Shown here: positions 31,615-42,900 of the stretch, piece after piece
How the letters are laid out: each line of letters begins with the position of its first letter
Numbering within the stretch: the stretch's first letter is position 1
From: Sphaeroforma arctica JP610
Taxonomy: Eukaryota
NCBI RefSeq assembly: GCF_001186125.1
Contig: NW_014040082.1
Location: 1 to 57,177, forward strand
DNA: 57,177 bases
Direction: 5' to 3'
The notes under the pieces: generated by a model
The model's input: only the letters and a program-made list of their open reading frames with translations
The model's database searches: none
Told to the model about the DNA's origin: nothing
Made by a program: the position numbers and the translations under genes

Positions 31615-33604
31615 TTATAAGTGCACGGGTTTGTTAGAGATAAGTCTATCCAACCTTGGATCAAATTTGTGAAGCACGCAAACAGTGTAATAATCTCTGC
31701 TCTCACCCATGAAGGGTTCTACAACGTCTATCGCGGGTCTGTGTGAAACTATTGTTGCCAATACACCCCTGTCTCGCCAGGTATTATCAGCATCAGTGCT
31801 GCCATTGCTTCCTATCTCCACTATGCGTTCAAGTGTTGCTTGTATATGAATACACCCATTGACATAGTAGCAGGGTCTGTATTCACCTCTAGTTTCTTTG
31901 GGAATAAAGCGCAAAGCAACTTGTATTTCACGACATACGCGCCGAGCAGGATTGTTTATCACTGCGCGAGTTCATTCTAATATCGCAAATACGGTCGCGA
32001 GGGTATGTTGATATATCTTCCTGTTTCAGTTTATAAGTATATGCTGATCACATCGTCGGCTTGCTACGTTGCGCCCATCAACACTGAGGCAAATCTAGTA
32101 CGCTTTTGTGTATCTTGTCTTGTTGAGTGCTATGTATCCTCGCGGTCAAAATAGTCCTCGACAAGATGTTTATCAATCACAACTTTAATGACACTGTCTT
32201 GTGAGCATGGCTCCAACTTTACAGTTTTCAATTCCTCCTCGTATACTGGTTTATGCTTGGCTAACAATTTAACAGAATCCTTTACGTACAGTCGATCTCA
32301 CTCTAGACGTTGAATCAGCGGTTACATATTCTTTTAAATCAGAAACTCTGGTATTACTACCAGAAATACTCAAACCATGAGCCGAACAGTATGTACGCAG
32401 TTGAACTCCATTCAGCATAGAAATATCAATCGGCGGCTCATCCTTCTCGAAGTTTGTTACACGCAATACACCTTTCCACTCGGCGTCTCTCGCAAAACAT
32501 GACGTATTGTCCACATCGATAGCGCCAAATAGCCCAGCCGCACAATACTCGTAACTCAGCTTGTTTACAATCACCCGATTACACCAGGGCGCGGGTTTGC
32601 CTGGCCCAAAGGCATGATAATAAGTGAGATATACAAATTGTTTGACATCTTGACGCTGAGTATCGAAATACGATACGAACAGACGCGACACTGGATTGTA
32701 AACGGGTTGACAATAACACATATATGCTGCTTGCCTGACTTCTAGTCTGGCCACCTTCAATTTCTTCTCATCAGATGCAAATTGGGCTTTCAAAATATCG
32801 TCTACTGTACACAACCCTCTTTTCAGATGCTTCAGCAAAGTCGCCACTCCTGTTCGATGGATGTCTATAGTCGGTCTTAAACAGCATCGCACACATAAAC
32901 AATATATGATCAAAACCATACACGGTGATATAGTACAATTTTTTTCTTCTGCATTTGATGCTGAGTCGAGATCAGGACAATGTACTTTTCAAGTTTAGAA
33001 CGTACTTCACTTCTCCTAAAGATTCGCCCATATCGTCTCAGTAAATGCTTGTCAACAATCAGATTGTCTCCGTAGTGAACTATATAATCACTATCATTAC
33101 AGATAATATATTCTACAAGACCTTCCCTCTGAAGATACACAAGATGATGCTCAGCCTCTTGCGGTGCAACTAAAAAGTTGACGTTACTTGCAGCTAACAT
33201 ATCCATCACACGATTCGCTGCTTTTAGATTACGTGCACCAACTGCCTTTTTACATTGCATGTACAAACTATCATGATCGTGATTTTCACCCTCAAGCATG
33301 CACAACACACTATCAAGTGCGGTCTGTCGATCTGACGTACGAGATGTGTTGGCTAACTTACCTGCCACACGCTGACCGTCAAAAACAGGTAAGATTGTAT
33401 TGGAATTTCACTCCTTAATTGACTGTAGTGTTCTCCATACATCTATATCAAAGCGCTTGTAACAGTCTACTTCGTCCTCCGCTAGTTTAAAAACTTGTGG
33501 ATAATTGCGAACATATCACAACCAATGACACTATTCCCTATAGCTGTGTAGTCTCCATATACAAATATACCCCCTAGGACAGGTAGCAACCCGTCAGTAC
33601 CCAT
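31615..33604 (-). pseudogene. Disrupted transposon accessory gene: EXO1/XPG/FEN1-family PIN nuclease followed by SAP-like and SWIM-like motifs
   Basis: From ATG 33604: 'MGTDGLLPVL', 'GNSVIGCDMFAIIHKF', 'ILPVFDGQRVAGK', 'FLVAPQEAEHHLVYL', 'IICNDSDYIV', 'TDY' plus frameshifted 'TGVATLLKHLK', 'QPVYNP'. Then 'LNGVQLRTYCSAHGLSISG..RVSDL' (SAP-like) and 'PCYYVNGCIHIQATL' (SWIM-like). Several stops and frameshifts. Confidence 0.8.
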
Positions 33605-33765
33605 AACTACGCTCTCTGTTCTTGTATCTCTAAGTAAAGTACTACAAGTGTAATGACGAGAGGCGCGTATACGCGTGCAAATACATATGTTGTTAAATGA
33701 ATTACAGTAAAAACTACCATAGCATGTGTATTGGGTTTAGGGGGTTTCAGATTTTATGTTTGCGA

Positions 33766-33810
33766 GTTCCGGCTTCAAAATGCCTATATTTCTGTTGTCC
33801 GACCATATTG
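33766..33810 (-). repeat. Right terminal inverted repeat
   Basis: Reverse complement is CAATATGGTCGGACAACAGAAATATAGGCATTTTGAAGCCGGAAC, 4 mismatches versus the left TIR. Weaker similarity continues inward (GAAACCC..TAAA). Confidence 0.88.
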
Positions 33811-33997
33811 CCACGTGGTATAAGTGCATGACTTCCAAAATGCTCGGGACGCTGAATGCGTATGTAAATATAAAATAAGCGAAAAGAATAAAGCAATTCC
33901 AATGGTAATACTAAGATATCTTTACTTCCTGCTTATATATATACATATATATTACAAATGTACATCTAAATTATTTACTAAATATTTTTGTGCTAAA

Positions 33998-36900
33998 TTA
34001 GGAATCATCACGCAGTAATTCGAACCACTGTCGCAACGCATCCGCCAGAATATCAGGAAGTGTGTTGATATTTCGTAACACAACATAGTATGGGAACGGG
34101 AATGTTTCCAAATAAGGAGTCAACGTAAGCGCGCCATTGGGGTAGGTGACGGTTTTGTAGTCCAGAATTGAGAATTTGGCCTTGGGATTGTCCAGCACGA
34201 CAAACACCAGAAGTATACCGGCATCTACATAACGAGAGGAGATGACAGAGGAAAATATGATCAGTTTATAGAAGGACTCACAAAGGAACAAAGGCCCAGT
34301 TTCACCGACGCAACTACTTAAGCACGCAAACAATGTCGAGGGATAGGAGAGGCGCACATGTGTGCATGTGTACATCTTAATATATATATATGTGTGAATG
34401 CAAGAGTAGGTAATATATCTGCTTACTCGTGTATTACAATCTCACACATTTCAAACCCACAGATATTTGAAACTGAACTTGCTTGCGTGGGGTGAGGCCG
34501 ATACCGACAAGGCGAGACATAAAGGTTTGGATTTGTATATCATATGCCAGTTTGCGCATTTCCACAGGTAAAATTATACGATACGCCGTTTCCTTCTTCA
34601 AACAACAAGACGAGCCAAAAATAAAAAAGTCGCTTCTAGCGTACGTACACGTACAGGCAACACCCACAAGCAGAATTGGACACAGCCACGATCGCGGTGG
34701 ATCAAAGATTGTACCCTGAACGATACACACGCGATGTTTTATGGCCAATATACACGGAATGGAGTCAACGAACAATCAAGACGCATACCAGAATAGGCAC
34801 GGATCCATTTGCGCACACTCTCAACATCTGGGCAGACACCATCTGAGATCACAAGCTGGAGCTGACTGACAGGCAAGTCCGTGGACACCACCGACGAAAT
34901 AAGATGCGAATAACTGGTTTCCAAGAGCTGTTCAAAATTGGTATTCTTCTGGTTGAAACTCAACTGCTGCAAGATCGAGCCGCCGGTACCATCCCCGAAC
35001 TGCTCGTGGAACGGGTGCAGCAGCTTCACCTGGTCGCCAAAACTCATCACCGACAACTGGCCCACCTCCAGCGTAGTCAGGGCCTTGCTTATCATAGTCA
35101 CTGCCTCGTAGGCCAGAGATGCCGAGTGCGAGTCACTCATCGACTCAGAGTCGTCTATCGTCAGAAGCACCTGGTACTCTCGCTTGGCTGGCCGTGTCCG
35201 CCTCAGCCAGATCTTGTCCTTTTTAAAGTGCGATGCAATGTACGGTATGACGCGCTTTAGATTGAGCCGTTTACCGGTGCGGTAGTCGCCCTGCAGGCGC
35301 GTGGCGAGCGTCGGCTCCAGTATAACACGCAGTTGTTCACACAAATCCTGCGACAATCCCGAAGTAATGGCTTCGTACTCTTGCCACAGCCGCTCTCCCA
35401 CTGCGTCGGCATTGGGGTCGTGCGCCCTGTCCTGCCAGGCTTCCAGAATCTTCTCCACGGCCTCCCGTTTCTCCACAATCTCATCCTCTGTGGGTAACGC
35501 CAGGTCGTCAGCGTCTTGACTAGCATCAGTGCTATTTTTCTGGGTGTATATCGAGCTATCGGGCCCATCATTCGCATCCTTATCGTCGCTTTTGTCTTCT
35601 TCCGTAGCGTCTTCTGCATCCACACTGTCAATCTCCTCCTCCTCCACATCCGCTTGAGAGTCCTTCGCCTCAGCCTTGTCGGCATTGCGTGCGCTCTTTG
35701 CCTGCGACTTGCTACTCTCCTTCTGCCCACTCTCCTCACTATCCTCCGGCTTCTTCTCGCCTTCCGTCTCATCCACATCCATCTCTGTCTCCTCCTCAAC
35801 CTTTTCTCCCTCTGGTTCGTCAGGCATGCCTTGGTTCTGCTGCAGCTGTTCCTCCGTAGCCACCCCGAGCACCTGGTCGTCTGCCTGGCCCTCATCCTCG
35901 TCCTTCATAAACTGTCTCATACCTTCTCCTCCCATTTCTTCATCGTTGTCACCGTCGTTCGCGCCGTCCTCCGCATTCGGGTCCTCCTCCTCTACATCCA
36001 TGACGTTGAGTTTCTCCTTCCATTTCTGCAGCGTACTACCCAGACTTCGGAACGGATTGACCTCCGGCATTGCCTGAGGCTTGCTACCCGAGTCATTCTC
36101 ACCATCATTGCCTCGTTCCAGCGACGCTTGCTTGTCATCCGTGCCACTCTTACTCTGTCCTGAGGTCGCATCGGTGGCTGAGCTCGGCCCGTCTTCGGTC
36201 TCCATTTCCTCAGTCTCGCCTGAGTTCCGCTGCCCGCCCTCCGCATTGACTCCTACCGACGTCGTGTCCATCTTGCTGCTCTCAGGCTTGTGCTTCTCCT
36301 CCTCCTCCTCATCTGCACCCTCCCCCTCTTCCCCGTGGTCTTCCTTGATGCCCTGTTCCGCACCTATTTCCACATCGTTGTCATCTTCCATTAGCTTGGG
36401 TGGCTGCCCCTCGTCTCCTTCCTCCTCATCGTCTCCCTGGTCGCTCTCACCCGCTGCCTGCAGCGAGTCCTCGCCCTGTTTCCCGTCCTCCTCTTCCTCC
36501 TCATCATTGCCCTTCTGCTCCGTATCCGTCGCCACATCCCCTTCTGGATCCGCATCGTCGCCCTCCTCCGGGTCATTCAGCTCCTGGGCCCCATCATACT
36601 CCTCCGCCATAGCCTTCTCATCCTCCATAGGCGCCGTTTCCTCCCCATCGCCATCGGGCCCATCGTGCTCGTCTTTGTCATCACCCGCGTCATCATCCAG
36701 TTGCATGTCCTCGGGTAGGTCGACATCGGGATTCTCGTCGTCCGCTGCTTGGTCGTCGTTGGGCTGTTCCTGCGGATGGTGGTGGTGGTCTTCTTCTAGC
36801 TCCTGTACTTCGTTGACCAGGTCCTCGTTGTTCTGGTCCTCCTCTTGGCTGGGCAGAGGTTCTGGCTGTGGTTTCTCAGCATTCTCCTATGGCGGATGAG

Positions 36901-39900
36901 CATACAATAGATGTACAATGGGTTATACACTGATGTATGCTGCCAACACATTAAGTGTGTATGTGGGACCTTAGTAAGCTTACGTTCAGCGCGCGGCAAT
37001 GCAAAACTACCAACATCACACACCGAGTCGCAGCAATGCACAAAGTACAGAAGTACGCACTTCAGACCTACCTGCTCTTCCTTCTTCTTGTCGTCTTTTG
37101 GCTTCTCATCGTCGCCGTCCTGTTTAGCTACAATTTCACTCTCCTCGTTCTCATTGGTCATGGACTTGCCATCCTCCTTCTTCTCTTTCTCGCTAATCTC
37201 GTTGTCCTCTTCGTCATCTCCCCACATCCGTTCGTCAACGACATCAGCGTCGTCCTATTGAGGTACCCATGCAATCAATATATCAACACTTTTCTTACAT
37301 CAGATGGAGACACTAGCATCACTTTCTAAGCAGGACAATCCAACTGCCAAACGTACAATTCCGTCTTTTCAACAGTTCACAACAGAAACTGAGCACATGC
37401 GTGAGTAGTTCTAAAAGATCCCATAAGCATCAGTCAGTAGCCGATTCAACCCGGCATGAACAACAATACACGGAGTCAAAAGGTACCTACCATGTTGGTG
37501 TCACCCATTTCATCGTCCATATCCTGCTCTTCCTTCTCTTCGCCGTCGTCCTTATCATCCTCCATGTCCTCCAATTCTTTCTTGTCCATGTCGTAGAGGT
37601 CACCGTCGAATTCTTGTTCCATTTCAATGGCGTTGTCCTGCGGCGAGTTCGACAACAAGGAAGAGGTGGGTGAGTGACAGATTGTTCAAAACGGCAGAAG
37701 AAACAATCTAGCGAATAACGTGATATTGATAGTAAATCTGTTCCAATTGGTGGCACACAATATATATATGCATACATGCATGCATACATACACCATATAT
37801 ATATATATAAATATATACATACATATATATATAGAACAAAACACAGCAAGGGGTACAACACAGTACATTACACATACATACATATACTTACATACATACA
37901 TCATATACACATATATAAAAATATACATACATATATATAGAACAAGACACAGCAAAGGGTACAACACAGTACATAACATAACCCAGGAGAAACCCAGCAC
38001 CACACCTCTTCCGGTACATTGCCGCCCTCATCATTCTGCTCCTCATCTTTAGTGCCTGTGAGTTGGTCTTCGTTCTCGATCTGTTCAGAGACATCGTTCT
38101 CGCCTTGACCCTCGCCCATGCCCGCCATCTCCCCTCCGGTCTGTTCGTCGGCCGTTGCGTCCTGCAGATCCGGGGGTGTGCAAAAGCCCTTGGCCAGGAG
38201 ATCGCTGAAGAGGTTCAGCAGGATGTAATACATCTTGCTCACCGACTTGTGCAGACACACAAACTCGTCCATGGCCTGGCTCAGTATGACACCGTACCGC
38301 TCCAGTACGGGCACAGCACGCACCAGCATACCCGCACACGCCGTCAGTAAATCCGCGTTGTATTCGGCGTCCACGTCGTCGCCCATGGCGGCGATCTGGG
38401 CGCTGAGCGATGCAAACGCGGCGTTCATTGCGGGCAGCTTCGCCGCCTTGAGGACAGATGTCATGTACGTGTGCGAGCGCGTAAGATAGTTCGGCGTGAA
38501 CTTGGACGGGTCAAATCCGTCCTCCCATTCTGCAGTGGACTCGGGTGTATCCTGCTCATGCTCCTCCTTCAACTTCACGATGCGCTGTACCCGAATGAGT
38601 ACGTTGGCAATAAGCGCATCAAAGTCTCGCTCAAACGCATAGGCTCTTTCTCGGACTGTCTCGGGCACGGCTCCCATATCCGCTACTGGGGGAGTTAACT
38701 CGGCGCTAAAGTGTGGTCGAAGAGATGTTCGGTACCGCGATTCGGCTGCGTGGGTCGCAGCACATACATCCCGCAACGAGTTCAACAGACTGCGCTGCTC
38801 GGGCCAGTTCGGACTATCCACTACTCCAGCCAAGAAACCGGATAATCCCTCAGACACCTTACCTACCCGTGCGTACACATCATCCAACCCTGCAGTCACG
38901 ATACCTACCTCCACCACCATGGGCGGCGGTGCCGTGTCAATACGCTTGGACTCGAACACACCGATATGCTCGTGCTTGAGTGCATGTAGGGCAGTGCGCA
39001 CCCGGTGCAGCTCTGCGAGCGCCGAGGAGAGCCTGTTTCGGATTGTCGACTCTGTCCTGGTCGATTCCTCATGCAAACTTATGGCCGCAGTGGTCTCTCT
39101 TACTACGCGTGCCATGGTGTTGACGGTGTCCATGGTCTCATTCCAACACTCCAGTACGAGTGCGTGGGTGGCCACAACTGGGCCGGAACCGTTGGTTGTC
39201 ACTAAGCGGTTTCCAAGGTGGACGGTGTGCTTGAGGAAACGTTTGAAGTTGGAGAGCTCCTCCGAAACATCGCCGAGGAAGCGCCGTTGTGCCACCACCA
39301 AGCGAAGGAAGTGCTCGGAATACCCGCGCGCTCTATCGGCGTCTTGTGGCGTCAGATCTGGTTCGCAAAAATGAAATTGAATGTAGTTTAGAGCGTAGTT
39401 AGAGCTAGCAAGATAGAACTGTTATGGACTGACAGAAGAGAAGGCTGGAAGAATATAATATCGGGGCTGGGGCGCATGGCTCACACAAAGGTGACTAGTC
39501 CGAAAAATTGGGTACGGTCACAGGAGGTACAGTGGAGTGAAGGCGTACGATGTCACATTTGTCACCAGAGAAACTCAGTACTCAACACAACGGGAGCCAA
39601 GCGCGACAAATAAATGCAGCACTACACTACACAAACCCTATAGGGAACTAGAAGAGCAAATGTAGAACCATTATGTATTGACTTACCCTGAGCGCGACCT
39701 CCGAAGTATAGCTTTCTGATGATCACCATGCGGGACACACATTTGTAGAAGTAGTCATTGATCTTCGCTGCAAGATCGGCCACATCGCTGGTTTGAGGAC
39801 TGTTTTGCGGTGGAGCAAGGCATCACATCAGAAACAGAAATGAATGTACGACGAGGATTTGAGTGGAAACAGGCACGGATTCAGATATAAGGCATTGGAA

Positions 39901-42900
39901 GAGGGCTATGAGCCATCACGCTAACATTCTGAAGAGGCATGCGTGTGTGATAAGTACAACCAGAGAGGCCTCTGGGTAAGGGGTGGTGGAGTGCATTCGA
40001 CGTACCACAACTGGTCATCCTCGAGATGCGCCTCAGTGAATAAATGAGACAGCAGGGCGCTCTCATCCTCTGCCGCAACGCTTCTGTACGACAGCCCAGC
40101 GGCGGATAGTTGACGGAACAACTCAGCCAGATCCTTGCGTTTCATCACTTTGTGTAACGCCCGCGAGTCCTTGTCTGCGGGTTTCTCTTCGTCGGCGCCC
40201 GCATCTGCTTGTTCCTGAAGGTAATGTAATGTACCGCATGTTTGGTTAGTAAGAAAGCTACATACACTTGGCGAGCCGCCGAGAGATCTTGTATTCGATC
40301 TCACTTCAAGGCAAAGTATACGACAAATATGATATTTTCGGCTTGAGTCTCGTATGAAGAATCATACTTTCTTGCGGGCTAAGGTGGCCTCGGTATCCTT
40401 GATATCCTGCGCATCCCACAGGCGGTACTGCTCTACGCGTTGGATGATATGAACTGCGAACTCCTCAATGCCCAAGATGGTCGACGGGTTGAGTGCTGGC
40501 ATAATCTGCTTATCGCACACTTTGGTCAAACGCCCAGTCAGTGCCGCCAACCGACTGTGGAAGCGCGTGGGGTCGGACACGTGGAACCACTCTGCGTTCG
40601 AGACAAGAATGAGAGAATGCCAATGTCAGTGTCAGGATTCACGAAAAGTACTTCCAAGTATCTACCAGACACATTCGTAACCATGTCATAAACAATGGAT
40701 AATGCCAGGTAGTTCTTTATCACAGAGACACTTGCAGAGTTGTACGGTGACATTAACGAGTTTTGGCGAAACAATCGAATAGTGTGACAATTAAATCTCC
40801 GTTTCTGCAGACTAGCTTTTAGGTAGCCTTGGCAGATATGCGACAGACCGACAGGCACACACACTACAATAAATAGATTGCCGGGCCAATCTGACCGATG
40901 ACTTAGGTATGGTAAGAACCATTACAGATATAACCTAGTAAATTTAGTATACATGCATCGCGTATTTCTACGCTAAACCCCACCTTCATATCTACTTAGC
41001 ACCGGAGAGCTCAGGGCACCGATGGCCTGAACACTGGTCGACGGTTTCCAATTGTCCCTATGGCACACGCGTGTTATGATACTTCCCATAGCAGCAGCTG
41101 CGAAAGAACATACGATGTCAAGCAAAGAGAGGAGCAGGGAAGGAATGAGTTACAAAGAAAGTTATAGAATGACAATTGTGACCCGGACTATACGCAGACC
41201 CACATAAAAACAATACATACACGGCTGTGCAGGCGGGTACTCTATAGTGGCGGCCTCGATTTCCGTCAGATATGTCCGCAGTGGCATCTCGAGGACAGTG
41301 GACCATTTGGTGGTGAACTTATGCAGCGCGCGATGTGTTTTGTCACCTGCAGATTGGGTCATTGAGAGATAAAGTGTGTGACAACTCCAACTACCGGTCG
41401 ATACTTCGATAGAACACACCATGTCGCACCGCACAATTAAACAGCATCCAATCAAATCAACGCATAATCTAACAGCAGCCAATCAAATCAACGCACGCAG
41501 CAGTACTCACCCGCTTGCTTCATGGCCCAGTAGTTGATGTCATTCCATTTGGCTAGCTTGACATGCTCTCTCAGCTGCCTCTCCAACGGTTTCTTGGCGC
41601 CGTGCAATTTGGCCTGGATACCAGGTAGGTACTGGCGGTAGTAGGCGTAGAAGCTGCCCAACATGTCGTGTAGCTTCACCTTAGCCTGAGTGTGTCAGAG
41701 TGGGTAAAAGAGGCATTTAGATGGGGGCTTTACACCAACAGTGACACGGGCGGTCTCAACACGGACTGTGAAGATTGAGAGATTCCCCACACCTTCCAAA
41801 AGCCCAAAAAAAAACGTTCATCGAACGCAAAGACATATGGGATGAACTAACTAGCCCCCATTTATGTATTCCTATTTGCAACATACCGAGATGGAGTAGC
41901 CAGCGATGCCACTCTTCAGCTCGGCTTTCAATTGCATGTGGAACTGGGCAATCAGGCGCAGTCGGCATGCGAAGTTGCCCATGGTGGATGTCTGTGCGAT
42001 TGGGTGTATAAGCAATCCAAGCGTCAACACGGGGCGAACAAAGCAATGGATTGGAGCAACGTATCACATACCAGGAAAGACCTTGCACTCGACACGTGCT
42101 AAGTTGTACAGAGATTTCGGTTTGGGTCTGCTGTGATTAAATGGTACTTGATCCTTGGCCAATTCTTACCTGCACCATTTCCTCAACGACAGTGAATATC
42201 TCTTTGTGATGGCTCTCTATGGCGTCTTCTCTGCCCAGCTCACTCTCCAGAGTCGGGTCGGCGTTGATGACTGAGTATAGGTGGAACCACAGTCTGCGCG
42301 ACAGGGCTTCGTGCTCTTGATGCTGTGAGGCATGGTGTGTAGGTGATGAGCATGGGGAGAGATGAGACGAGTACAAGCTAAACGTCTGACTGGTAAATAG
42401 GTTAGCTATACATGCATGGTAGTTATCTATCGATAAATGACTATTGAGAGACGGTAAGGCGTATACGATGAACTATATGCGCAAACTGGTATTCAAGATA
42501 TGATCAAAGGGTTTCAGTTTACTCGCACAGCAACTACCACCAACTAACAATACGACCACCGGTGGTCCCTTTATCCGTTTGAATTGCACAACACGGGCGG
42601 TCTATCCGAGCATAGAGACATACCGTTGAGTCCAGGGCTAACGACCACTGATCCAGTTCCTTCTTCCTCATATCTAGAATGAAACGTGTGACCGCTTCTG
42701 TGTGTACCTTCAGCGACACGTGCGAGGCGGCAAACGCCTCCCATTCCATGCCCTGTGATAAAAATAACATCCAATGAGCGTCGCAGGTTTAGTGAACGCT
42801 ACAAAGTGATAGAAAATACAACCGCTGACTTGGGTGGTTGAGTTGGTATCCATACACCAGAAGTAGTGTGTCCGTTGCACGTCTGTCGACGCACATGGAC

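Larger units (their letters stand above)
23484..33810. mobile_element. Degenerate TIR DNA transposon (ISL2EU/PIF-Harbinger-like) with two convergent genes (transposase; EXO1/XPG-like nuclease) and a nested LINE
   Basis: 45-bp inverted repeats at 23484-23528 and 33766-33810 (41/45 identical) enclose a THAP-HTH-DDE transposase remnant on + and an EXO1-like gene remnant on -. About 4.7 kb long once the nested LINE is removed. Confidence 0.82.

Noticed and set aside
32269..33604. Calling this the host EXO1 gene
   Set aside because: It has multiple stops and frameshifts, an AT-rich composition unlike host exons, a non-EXO1 C-terminus, and it lies inside TIRs.
34904..36899. Long plus-strand Ser/Leu-rich ORFs (e.g. 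36081-36899, 35516-36163)
   Set aside because: Antisense shadows of the low-complexity D/E-rich midasin exon.
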